A DNA stretch of 64,000 nucleotides from Podarcis pityusensis. Taxonomy: Eukaryota. Shown piece by piece: positions 37,257 through 48,800 of the stretch (its first letter is position 1; each line of letters starts with the position of its first letter). The DNA lies in assembly GCA_964106645.2 (NCBI GenBank), contig OZ067043.1; one strand, 5' to 3'. Made by a program: the position numbers and the translations under genes. The notes below the pieces were generated by a model, which saw only the letters and a list, made by a program, of their open reading frames with translations, made no database searches and was not told the origin of the DNA.

Positions 37257-37344
37257 TGTTGTTTAGTCGTTTAGTCGTGTCCGACTCTTCATGACCCCAT
37301 GGACCAGAACATGCCAGGCACTTCTGTCTTCCACTGCCTCCCGC
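37257..37344 (-). mobile_element. Severely 5'-truncated BovB-like RTE insertion (88 bp)
   Basis: Near-identical to 62080-62166; 11-bp TSD AATTTCTTAGT (37246-37256, 37345-37355). Confidence 0.85.
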
Positions 37345-37613
37345 AATTTCTTAGTACCTTTGTGTTAATACTCTACTTTCATCAAGGGACCTCCGATAGC
37401 CTTATTGATCTCATAGTGGAACAGGTGGTTGTGGGCAAGGACTGCAGAAGGAAGCAGCTAGATGCTATCAGAGATCCAGATGTGTGGCACAAGTCCTCCT
37501 CTCCTCCCCCAGCAAGCCCTTTATCTAGTTCTCTAGACCTAACTGCTAAGCATCTCCTTTCCATCCCAGAAGTGTCAGTCATCTACCACTCTGAAATGTT
37601 TGATTCCTTGCAG

Positions 37614-37740
37614 GCAGCAAAAGGCCTACATTGCCACACAGGGACCCCTTGCTGAAACTACAGAGGATTTCTGGAGGATGCTGTGGGAGCACAACTCTAC
37701 CATTGTGGTGATGCTGACCAAATTGCGAGAGATGGGGCGG
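37614..37740 (+). CDS. PTPRF: PTPRF D2 exon ([43 protein letters not shown])
   Basis: CAG/GTAAGC; 127 nt, phase 2/0. Confidence 0.97.
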
Positions 37741-38661
37741 GTAAGCTAGCACCCTCAGCTACCAAGTGATGTCTATTCTAGGGCTGTTTCTCCAGTGAGA
37801 TTCCAGGTGTACAGCCCAGTCTTGGGAGCAAATATTTTGCTTTCATTCTCCTAATGCTAGAGGGGACTGAAGTCACTGCTAAAGGCGAAGCTCATTGCAT
37901 TGAAGTCTTCAGACTGTAACTGTTTTGTGGGAGGGATTCAGTTGCATACGAGTAAATTTAGGTTTGTGCTACTGAAGTGAATTAAAACTCTTGTACAACA
38001 ACAAAAATGACTTTTTTGTGGTGATGGGAAAATGCACCAGAAATATAACAACTGATTGACATGAAGTCATATAACCTCCCCACAAACAAATCAGGTGATT
38101 GCTGAATAAACAGTGAACACTGTATAACCTCCTTGTCAGCTTTATTTAAATAAATCAGAATGTATGCTCAATAAGCACGCAATCTGCAGGAGTCATCCAT
38201 CTCCAGCTACATGGCTGACTAGCTCTGCTGGGACCCAGTTGGTGAACAAGTATCCTCTGCAACCATCAATGTACTTGATCCCCCTGGCCCGCTCAAACTT
38301 TAAGAGGAGCTAGCAGCTTCAGGTTTCTTGCTTTGCCCAGAGCCAGGAAAAAAGGGGCATTTGGGCTAGAACTGAGGTTTTCTACCTAGTAACTTGGCAA
38401 GGAAGAGCAGGCTGATTGCTAATCAGGAAGTCATGGGAAATGGAGGCGTGCAGGAGCAAGGGGAGTCTAATCAATCACATCATGGCAGGAGGGAAGAAAC
38501 AGATCAGTGTCTTGCTGCGCATATTAGAGCATGGAGTTGTGTGGGTATTGTACTACCCAACAGGACAAGATGTCAAAAGGCACCTCACTCTAAAATATTC
38601 AAGCTTCAGTCACATCACACATTTTGACTGTAACAATTCTGACTCTTCCTTTGCTTTTCAG

Positions 38662-38787
38662 GAGAAATGCCACCAGTACTGGCCAGCAGAGCGTTCTGCT
38701 CGGTACCAGTACTTTGTGGTGGATCCCATGGCTGAATACAACATGCCCCAGTACATTCTGCGTGAGTTCAAGGTCACTGATGCCAGG
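38662..38787 (+). CDS. PTPRF: PTPRF D2 exon ([42 protein letters not shown])
   Basis: CAG/GTGAGT; 126 nt, phase 0/0. Confidence 0.97.
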
Positions 38788-39173
38788 GTGAGTACTGCAC
38801 AGCCTACCCTGAATTCCCCAATATTTATTTCCCATTACTGCTCAGAAATTGCAAGTAGCACAGGACGGAAGGGCTTTATCTTCAACGTGCATCTGATTGT
38901 CCATTGCTTTATCACCCTCTGCATTGGTGTTACTGTGTGTCAAGTGGCTGAGACAGCTGGAAAGCAGAAGCAAGGATTTCAGTTGTGTTTATATCTACTA
39001 CACCCTGCTATATAAAACAAAATACTCACTAAGGGGCAAAAGAAATCTGCTTAGGTCGGCTGGGCCTCCCCTCCTCAAGGCTTTTCTGGCACCAGTAGGA
39101 AAGGCCTGACCATGAAGGCTGCCGTGTATTTTGAGAGGATGCAGTGACTATATCTCCCTTTAACCACAACTAG

Positions 39174-39328
39174 GATGGACAGTCAAGAACCATCCGGCAG
39201 TTCCAGTTCACGGACTGGCCTGAGCAGGGAGTACCAAAAACTGGAGAGGGCTTCATTGACTTCATTGGGCAAGTTCATAAAACCAAGGAGCAGTTTGGCC
39301 AGGATGGGCCCATCACTGTACACTGCAG
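39174..39328 (+). CDS. PTPRF: PTPRF D2 exon with WPE loop ([21 protein letters not shown]...PITVHC)
   Basis: TAG/GTAAGC; 155 nt, phase 0/2. Confidence 0.97.
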
Positions 39329-39634
39329 GTAAGCTCTGCTGTTTGCTTGTCCATGGAAGCTGGCTAGGTGCTGTGTGCCAGTGGTGAGGAGGCTGGGGTC
39401 ATCAGGGAAAGCTAGATTACTACTGCAGAGATGGCCTCACCTTTCTAGGTATAGAAGCCATTTCCTTGGTAAAAGGCAGGGGAAATCTCTGCTTTGTAGT
39501 TTTGAGCACACAAAAACATTGTGGCACTTGTAGAGAGATATTTTAGCTTTTGGGAGAGCTTCTTTTGATCTTTGTGATCTTTTGATGCTTCAGTTCCCTT
39601 TCACTGTGTCTCTTTCTCTCTTCCTTATGTGCAG

Positions 39635-39770
39635 TGCGGGGGTCGGACGCACAGGGGTGTTCATCACATTAAGCATTGTACTGGAGCGCATGCGCTATGA
39701 GGGTGTAGTTGACATGTTCCAGACTGTGAAGACCTTGAGGACACAACGACCAGCCATGGTGCAAACAGAG
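39635..39770 (+). CDS. PTPRF: PTPRF D2 exon ([46 protein letters not shown])
   Basis: CAG/GTAAAC; 136 nt, phase 2/0. Confidence 0.97.
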
Positions 39771-41102
39771 GTAAACCACCAGCCACATGCTTGCTGCTGC
39801 ACAGAGGACTGGGGGCAAGCATTTAGGACCAAAACTTTGTTTTCACTTGCTTTCAGTATGGAAAAGGGATGTAACGTTCTCTGTAAGTTGGCATATTCCA
39901 TATAAATCACATCAAGCAGCCACCAATCTGGCCCCCATTCCCATGTTGATGTGTTCTATGAGATATATAGGGTATATACAATCTTCTCCTTTGGCGATCA
40001 CTCATAGCCGAGTAAGATTGTCTTCCATAAACACAGTTTTAACAAAGAGTCCGTAAGTGACTGTGGAGGCCAATTCTGGATCCACACGTCCTTCCACAGT
40101 GGGGACATTGGTTTCTGGGTGGGAGTTGATCACGGTGTAGATTTGCCAAGCATGCCTTCCTCTTAGCACATTTCTCCCTTGCATCCTGAGTTCGCGTGTC
40201 TTCAAAGCCCATGACACCTTTGGTAAAGGCTGTTCTCCAATTGGAGTGCTTGCAGGCAAGAGTTTCCCAATTGTTGGTGTTTATACTACATTTTTTTAGA
40301 TTTGCCTTGAGACACTCTTTAAACCTCTTTTGTTAACCACCAGCATTACGCTAAGCTATGACTGGCACAACTAGTATCTACAGCATCTTCTGAAGCCTGT
40401 AAAAGGCTTTAAAAAGGTGGGACAGCTAGATCAGTCAAGACTGATGAAGCCACATCAGAGCGCCTTCCAGCCAAGATTTCTCACCATGAGTTAAACCCCA
40501 CTCTGGGTTAGTCCCAAAAGGTAGTCATGGTTATACTGTGCAAAAGAACAGTGCCAGCAAGCATTTGCAAAGGATTACACATGGCCAGTGGCTATCCTCT
40601 GGTTAGAACCCATGCTGTTTTCTGGTCTAACTTGATGGCAGCTTGGATTGGCCTCTCTTTCATCTGATCAATGCGACCTGTGATTCTGTGCTGTTCTTTG
40701 TGTAGTGCAAGGATATCAGAACCAGTGGTTGGATGGGTCATGAGACGGAGAGCAGAAATCCATAATTCATCCTCCTTTTTATATAGGACATATTTTACTG
40801 GTGCACCATGAGAGTAAATTACATTGCTAAAAATTCAGTACTTGGGTTTCCCATACAGTCAGCTTGCTGCTCTCCCACCTGCAGTTTAACTGGCGCTTCA
40901 CTCCCAATCTAAGCTTACTGTACTAATATGAGCAAAATGGCCCCTCTTTACATCAGATGCAGGGCTTGGTGCTAGCCAGTTGCCTCTTTTAGAGTGAGGT
41001 GGTGAAGGAGTCCGCTTGCAGGTATTTGCACCATGATGTGATAGAAGTGGTGGTCTCCTTTAGAGGCTTTTTGCTTATCCCATTCTCTTCCTTCTTCCCC
41101 AG

Positions 41103-41171
41103 GACCAGTATCAGCTGTGCTACAGGGCTGCACTGGAGTACCTTGGCAGCTTCGATCACTATGCAACGTAA
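41103..41171 (+). CDS. PTPRF: PTPRF terminal coding exon ([22 protein letters not shown])
   Basis: CAG acceptor ending at 41102, TAA at 41169-41171; canonical LAR-family C-terminus. Confidence 0.97.
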   Translation, partial: DQYQLCYRAALEYLGSFDHYAT

Positions 41172-42656
41172 CTAGCGCTTTCAGCCAGTTGCAGCGGGAA
41201 TGTCCAAGAGCAGAGACGGGTTCTTCCCAGCCAGCCGCCCATTTGTTAGTCCTTCTGTGCAGATGCTGCTGCTGTTGTTGCAGCATCAAGCCTCCCCATG
41301 ACCAACCAGTTCTGACCACAGTATTTGGGTTCATTGCCACAGCGCCAAAGGTGGGACCAGCTTCTAGCGTTTCCAATTTCCAGATGAATTTCTGTTAATG
41401 CCCCCACTCCTCCTCCTCCCCTTGACAGCATTTCATGGTGAGAGTCACTGGGTGGATGGAATGGGATCTTTTATATATGTAAAATAGTTAAACTTAGTCT
41501 TTTATATCTTTTCTTTTTTAAATTCTTTTGCAAGTCTTAATGTTTTGCTCAAGCAAAACAGAAGAATGGAGGTGGTGGGGTTTGAATTTCCTTTTGCTTC
41601 CCCCGCCCTTAACTCTTTTGTTGTCTCAATCAAGGTGGTGCTGCCCATTTTCGGGCAGCCCCAGGTTAATATTAGTGGCTGGCTCACAGCTCTGGGACCC
41701 TTCCACTCCCTCTTCAGTCCTTTGTAGAATATTCAATTTCACAGAGCTGGAGCCAACTTAATGCTTATTTCTAAAGCCTTTTATTCATAAGCCTGTCTGT
41801 CAGGTGGGACTCCAGCAGCTATTCGATGCTTGGTCCTATTGACATGTGTCCAGTGACCTCATATTTGTCAGCAGATCCCTTATGAACTTTCCATTTGAGG
41901 GAGAGACCCACTGCTTGGGAGTCTCTTGTTAAGATGGGGGGGAAATGTGGCATCCTTGCTGCACAAAAACCAAGTTCCCAAAAGGGACCTGACCGACACA
42001 TTTATTTAGTTCTTTCTGTGCCAGTAGCATCCTGAGGTGCTGTTGCCTAGGCAACTGTGGCCAACCAAGTGCATTGGAGCACCTTCCAAGGTGAAAGAGC
42101 ACAACTCTGGGAAGTCAAGCCTTCCTGCACAAACAACCCCGGCATGGGGGTGCCTTGGCTATTAGGGAGGGAGGGGTGGGATTCTTCAGGTAAGGAATTC
42201 AGTTCTCAGAGGCTGAGTGTAACTATAATTTCTGCTATCCTGTACCACATTTAAAAGTCATTAGAATGCTGTATTTTTCACTATGACAGGATGGTCTAAT
42301 TAACCAATGTGGCAAGGCTACTGGACTTAATTTAACGGTACTATATATTAATACTCCTTATTCTCTCTCACTTGCACTAAAGGCAGGGAGATTACAGCCT
42401 TCTCCCAGGTGCATAGTTCTATAAATAAAGGTGGTGGAAAGGTCTCTAACTATATTATCCAATGTATTCAAATTACATTGAAATCAACAATCCTGGGTTG
42501 GTGATGTTGGAGAGAACATTCATTTTTACCTTGTGAAAGCATAGTGCTGTAGGGGTCACTGTTGTATACAGTCTGTTTTCTATTTGTTAATAAAAATCTA
42601 CAGCATCATTGCATAATTCTTGATGTTAATAAATTTGAATAATCGGGTTTCCTACA
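41172..42656 (+). other. PTPRF: PTPRF 3' UTR (~1.5 kb)
   Basis: Follows the stop codon, lacks recognisable TEs and ends at AATAAA plus a GU-rich element. The exact 3' end is inferred. Confidence 0.75.
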
Positions 42657-42690
42657 TGTTCGTTTTGTTGTCTTGTTTTATTTGCCAGTT
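42589..42690 (+). terminator. Cleavage/polyadenylation signal region of PTPRF
   Basis: AATAAA at 42589-42594 and 42628-42633, followed by a GU/U-rich tract (GTTCGTTTTGTTGTCTTGTTTTATTTG) from ~42658. Confidence 0.8.
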
Positions 42691-43055
42691 AGCGGATAAA
42701 CCTGTAGTTACCCTGGCAGGAGCTCCAAAAGACCACAACTCTGTGGGAGTGAATCCTACCTGTCCATGTGTTAGAAAGCAGAACTCAAACAAAATTATGT
42801 GAAAGCGAAATGCTCTTGCTTGGCCGCTCACACAGACAAGAAAAAGGAGGAACGGCTGGAACTGTTCGCCTTTCAGTAGAAGAAGGGTGTGCCATGAATC
42901 ATTTCCACATGGACAATTTGGCTGCTGAAACAATAGCACTTACATGATGTATCAATAGAATACGGCGTTCTTGATAGGATAGTATGGAAGTGCTACTGTT
43001 TGTAATACACTACATGTGTCATATATGGGAATGTTGAGGGTGGCAGGAGAGGATA

Positions 43056-43251
43056 CAGTGGTACCTCAGGTTACATATGCTTCAGGTTACAGACTCCGCT
43101 AACCCAGAAATATTACCTCGGGATCAGAACAGAAATCGTGCGGCGGCTGCGGGAGGCCCCATTAGCTAAAGCAGTGCTTCAGGTTAAGAACAGTTTCAGG
43201 TTAAGAACGGACCTCCGGAACGAATTAAGTACTTAACCCGAGGTACCACTG
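43056..43251. mobile_element. Tc1/mariner (Tigger-like) MITE
   Basis: TIR CAGTGGTACCTC...GAGGTACCACTG with TA TSD. Confidence 0.9.
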
Positions 43252-43318
43252 TATATTGATTCCTTCCTAACTTGCGCTAGCAAGTTTCTTCACTTAGTAG
43301 AGTACATACCCCCTTTAT

Positions 43319-43841
43319 GCAGCAGAAAACTGGTTGCAGACTCGTATGAGCCTAAGACAATAAACAATTCAATCAGGCTTGCCCTGGTAAGGCCTCTTTG
43401 ATCCCTCCTAAAAGAATAAAGGCACCATAGTCTTATTCATAATTAACAAAAAGTAGTTTTACTCACGATCAGGCAGAGCACAGTGTGATCCCTGAAGGCA
43501 GGCTTTAGGCTTAAAGTTACAAATATGTACAAACAGGTTTACCCCATATGGGAGATAACCTGGGGAGACTGCTGGCTGGCAGCCAGCTAGCAGTACAGTC
43601 CAGGTGAATCAGGAAGTTTGCAGGATGAAAAAGAAGATCGAAGAGAGGGGAGGTGGCTGCGTGACTTGGCCTTTTACTAGGTCTGGAAAGGTCACGCCCA
43701 TCTACTAGTCACATACAAGGAAGGATGCTCCAGGCCAAGAGGGAACAGGAAGTTCGACTGACTGGATCAACATCCCCTGCATGACCACTCTAGGCAAAAC
43801 AGGTAATGTACTTGACTGCTCCCAGTGGATTACATCCCACA
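43319..43841 (-). mobile_element. Probable solo LTR
   Basis: - strand begins TGTGGGATG and has a TATA-like AGTAAAAGG, a pyrimidine-rich start, internal hairpins and an AGTAAA-type poly(A) signal near 43458. Left boundary and TSD not resolved. Confidence 0.5.
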
Positions 43842-44610
43842 TCATACCACCAGTAGCATGAGTTCTTGGCACCCGGGGCCAGCAAGCCACCAACACTGCC
43901 AATGCACCCCTCCACCAAAGCCAAGCAGGGCTGCGCAACCTGCCCACCCACATAGTCATCACCCAAGTGAGCCTCGCTCTTATCTCCCTGCTGCTGCTGC
44001 TACCACCATCTTCCCCCCTGCCCCCAGCTAAATTTACAAACCCTTTATTTAAAAAAGAAAATAGGGATTTACTGTCCAAAACATCACTTAACAGCTTGAA
44101 AAATCTGCATTTTGGCCCCATGTTTACATGCTAAACTTTATCCTAATATTGTTCTAGACATGCACACAACCCTATGCACATACTACATTTATGGAAACAG
44201 GAGGTATTCTCAGAAAGTGTGGGGCAGTAGGAAAAGTTACTGCCGCTCCACACAGCAAGTTGTGTTTCCTTTGTAGTAAGGCAGCTACACAAAACTGCAG
44301 CTACAAAACCTGTGCAAAAGGTTTCAGGGCACAAAAGGGTTTGGATAGGGGAGGTCTCTTCTGCCTTCTCTCCCACAACACTAATACACTGCCTGCCTCT
44401 TGCTATCAAGAGAGAAAGAGAATAGCATCCATGTTGAAAGAAAGGAAACAAACCTTACTTAAATGTTGTTGGTTTTTTTGGAAACTATCCACCATGCTAA
44501 GTGCAAAATTATTCATGGGGTAATACAGGTGCCTGAGAAACAAACTTAACGCTCCCTTTCCCTCCAGATTCCACTGCCAAAGATCTGGAAAGCTACTTTA
44601 TGGGCATGTA

Positions 44611-44822
44611 CAGTGGTACCTCAGGTTAAAGACGCTTCAGGTTACAGACTCCGCTAACCCAGAAATAGTACCTCGGGTTAAGAACTTTGCTTCGGGATAA
44701 GAACAGAAATTGTGCGGCAGCGGGAGGCCCCATTAGCTAAAGTGGTGCTTCAGGTTAAGAACAGTTTCAGGTTAAGAACGGACCTCCAGAATGAATTAAG
44801 TTCTTAACCAGAGGTACCACTG
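44611..44822. mobile_element. Tc1/mariner (Tigger-like) MITE, same family as 43056-43251
   Basis: Same TIRs, TA TSD, highly similar interior. Confidence 0.9.
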
Positions 44823-45429
44823 TATGTAAATGCCATGGGTAGTGTTCAATGAAGTTTTACTTGGAGCAGACCTACTGAAATTAATGGACCTAACTTAAGT
44901 CATGTTCATAAATTTTCATGTGTCTTCTCCAAGTAAAACTTAGTTGAATTACTAAGTAAAGGCAGCTTAAGATGATCATCACCTCCCCTTAGTCAGGATC
45001 CTTCATACATGCATAAACCCACTTAAAAGATCTGGAAACAGCACAAGAGGCGGGGGCAACAACGTGCTTTGCACAGTTTGGGAAGTTTCTAGTAAAGCCA
45101 TGCAAATCTCAAGAAAATGAGCCAAGCCACACATAGCTTGACTGATGCTCCCTATAAAGCGGATACATTTTCCTATATAAGCACTGTTTAGAATCAATTT
45201 TTTTTTTTTTTTTTTTTTTGTACTTGCAAAAGTTGTAGGAAAGCTATGCTAGCATGTTGGAAGTTTTCTTGTTATGTATATTTACAGGCAAAATTCCTGT
45301 AGAGAACAAGCAGATTTTCATTTTCTACTGTTGACCCCCCCTCATGAAGGTCAACCACCTTCAATCTGGAATCCTCACTACCTGTTTTCAGCCCTGAAAT
45401 AAGTCTAATAGAGTGTGTTTAAGAATCTA

Positions 45430-45880
45430 CAGACTATAGTTTCCTGAATAACCACAGTTAGCCACATCATAGCTCTCCGGTCTTAGCTCCCAGGTCTGTT
45501 TCTGGAGCCAATTTATGGTGCCGCTTTTAACTTCCAAATGCGTAGGCTTACAGGGCCTAGGTATCTCAAGGACTACCTGCTGCCAAACAAGCCTGCTCAC
45601 CCTAAGATCTTCATGATGTGCTTTTTTGCACAATTATAAGGTGATCAGGGATATGATTTTTATTTTGTTTTGCAGCATCTTGCTTTTGGAATCTGCCTCG
45701 TGCTGCTATCTTTGTTATCTTTTCATTGCCAGGTAAAGGCTTTTTTAAAAAAATCTGTCTGGATTTGACTTAGGATATGGGTTTATCTGGCTTAAGTGCT
45801 CTTTTGTTTTGCAGTCATCTTCTGTGTTGTTGTATTTTTATTGCTTCATACAACATTTCAAACTTTTGCAAACTGCTCTG
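45430..45880 (+). mobile_element. Old L2-like LINE 3' fragment
   Basis: Degenerate L2-type 3' region (GGCCTAGGTATCTCAAGGACTACCTG...TTTTGGAATCTGCC) followed by a T-rich UTR. Confidence 0.45.
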
Positions 45881-48800
45881 GTAGGCTGTATATACCGGGG
45901 GGGGGGGGGTGTCTGTGTCCCCAAAGACGTTGTTGAACTTCAGTTCCATCATCCCTGGCCACTGGCCATGCTGGCAGGAGCTAATGGGAACTAGAAGTTC
46001 AGCAACAGTTGGAGTATCACAAGGCTTTAGTCCTAGTACCGTTCATGTTAACTATTAATCAGTGCTTCTCAGACTCCTACTTCATCAGCTAAACAGGCCC
46101 AACATTTCCAGCTTCTCATGTAACACAGAATGCATGCAGTTGAGAACTGAGGCTGCATATTGTCTAAATTTTGTTCCAATTTAAAAACCGTCTTTCTTAA
46201 ACAGAGTGACCTATACTGGACACACTATTTCAGGGAAGGTCTCACCCAAGTACCGTAATCTAAGAATTATAATTTTCCTCCTTTGCTGATGCCTCAAATT
46301 GGAGACTGCAGCTAATATTTTAGATGCAAAGGGGGTAGGCAGTTCTGCAAGTAAATCTACTTCCTCTTCTAAAACTAAAAGGGGTGGAGGAATGGGAATG
46401 GAAGGTCAGTTTCAAGCTCTTGTTCCACCCAGTTGCCCATACAGATCATAATTTGAAATGGGAAAACCTAATGTTCCTGACTTCGGAAGGTAAAAGTACA
46501 AGACCTGCAACTACTATTGTTTTTGACATGAGCACTAAGGTAGTTGCAGAGATGCCTATGGATAGTGCACAAGAGGAAGAGAATTAAAAGGCAGCAGGTG
46601 ATATTTTTTTTTTATGGTGATGCAGATTCAAAAAAGGACTTGGTAGAAGTTGTGCCCAATTTGCCACAATATAGGGGCAAAACCTACCCAAAAGTGATTA
46701 TCAAGTAAAGCTGGAAATTCTCTTGCCTGGTTTTATCAGATGAAAAATCAGCCTTTGTGTACTGATCAATCAGAATCTTCTAACCAAGTAAACTCATGAA
46801 CATGCTTTATACTTAATACTGGATTTTTGCTCTGATGTTTGAAAAACAAAATTCTCTAGCCTTCCTACACACGGCTTCATTTTCAGTAAAATGTAGCGTA
46901 AGTCCCATAGTCACGATACAAGCAATGTGAACTAGCAAGAGCTATTTTATGGTGCATATTGTTTCTTATATAACTGGGTGGGGAAGAAGGAATATCTTAA
47001 TTAATGCTTAATTTCTAAATAAAAGGTATGGAGTCAATCTTCTGAATATCATATTTAGGCCTTCTTACATGAAAGCTCTTTCCTTGTCCATAGATGTGCA
47101 AAGAATACTTGACAGGGGGATGGGGCTAGAGATTATGAGACCGTGACATTCTGCACATGTGTAATGGCACATGTTCCTAAATAACACCCTTCAAGTGTCC
47201 TGATTTAAGTGAGACATCCCATTTTGGGGGGCCGTGCTCTCATGAGAGTCACATGGCCCTAAAAAAAACACCACATTTTGGGGGTGGGGTGCTTTTACTC
47301 AAGTCACCTGGCTCTCACAAGATCGCGGCCCTGAAATATGTGTGTTCCAGTTTTCCTCTGGGGCATGTTGGAGAGTATGAAATAAGTGCTGTACAAGACC
47401 TATTGTGATGAAAACAGCAGGGTTAGAAATTGCAGCTCTACCAAGTCAAAATTTTACCTGCCATCACTGCTATTTGAACAGGTAGACACAAAAATGAAGT
47501 CTCAGTAGCCTGCTGCCAACACCTCTACCAGGCTTTAGTTCAAGATCACTTAGTGGCCACAGAACAAAGACATATTCAGCTTTCCTTTTTGGGAGTGTCT
47601 CTTAACTTACTAGTTCTAAACAATGCAAGAGGAAGGAGTTGTCTTTAGACCAGCAGTGCTGTGTTGCCTTGGCCGTCAGCTATTCATAGGCCTGTACCTG
47701 ATGGGAGCTTATACATATTATTTTAAAACAGGCATGGGGAACCTGTAGCCCTTCAAATATCCAACACCCATGAGCCCAAAAAGCAAGACCAGGGATGATG
47801 GGAACAGTAGTCCAGAACAGTGGAGGACTTTGAGCTTTAAAACTGTGACATCAAAATTTGGTGTCCTCTCCCACCTCTCGGCTTCTGTTATTTGTCAGTG
47901 TTGAGGTGCCTTCTTGGCTTGACGCCCAATGCAGCCAAACCAGTTGCACTCCTCTAAATCTGCCTCTGTCCAAAAACACCTAGAGGATGACAAGTCCCCC
48001 ATCCCTGTATTAAAACTAAAAAGTAAAGGGGAAACAACAATGTTACTTGAAGGGAGAAATACATGAAGACATCAGCCAGCAGGAGAAGTATCTTCTAGTG
48101 GCTTTGGGTAATTAACCAGTCTTTAGCCTGCTCAAGAAAGGCAGGTCTTTCCTTCCACTATAATCTTTTCTGGCATTCAAACTCAGTTTAGCCCACATGT
48201 AAACTGATTTGCTGGATGGATTTGAGTTCTGCATGTGTTAGCTTTTCAGTTTGCAAACTGAAAACACACAACCTTTCCTCTGTAGGACTATTCACCCACC
48301 TCTACCTATGCACCCTATGCACCAGTGATGTTGGAGGACATTTTGAGGAAATCAAAATTTTAAAAGGCTTGACAGAGCCAGCAAGTGAAGATCAGTGATA
48401 AGGGGACAGTTTTAAATAAAAGCTCAGGTGGCCTTTATGTGAAATTCAGATCCATAACCCCAAGAAAATATGGAGGAAAGGGTGGGAACATTCTGATACT
48501 GTAGGTCATAATCAAGAATGGCTTTTAGATGATACACGCCAAAGTTTGTGGCACATGCGGAAGTGCTATAATGATTCATCAGGAATTGAGAATAGCAGTG
48601 TCCCCTCATTAACTATCAGGCATGGACTCAATTGCCTTTAGTTGCCAGAGCAACCAAAAGGAACAGAAGAAGTCAAGCTGCTCCAATTAAAGGCAATTTA
48701 ATGTCCCTACTCAGTACACTCATTGTGTAATAATATGTGCAGTCAAGGCATCTCATCAACAAAACTTAGCAAATAGCTGCTTAGGGCAACATCATCCACT

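Noticed and set aside
38416-39015. 199-aa ORF, the longest in the track
   Set aside because: It is a 126-nt exon plus open intronic flanks with no protein-like character.
43056-43251. CRISPR-like repeated GGTTAAGAAC units
   Set aside because: These are subterminal repeats of a eukaryotic MITE with TIRs and TA TSD; there is no spacer structure or cas gene.
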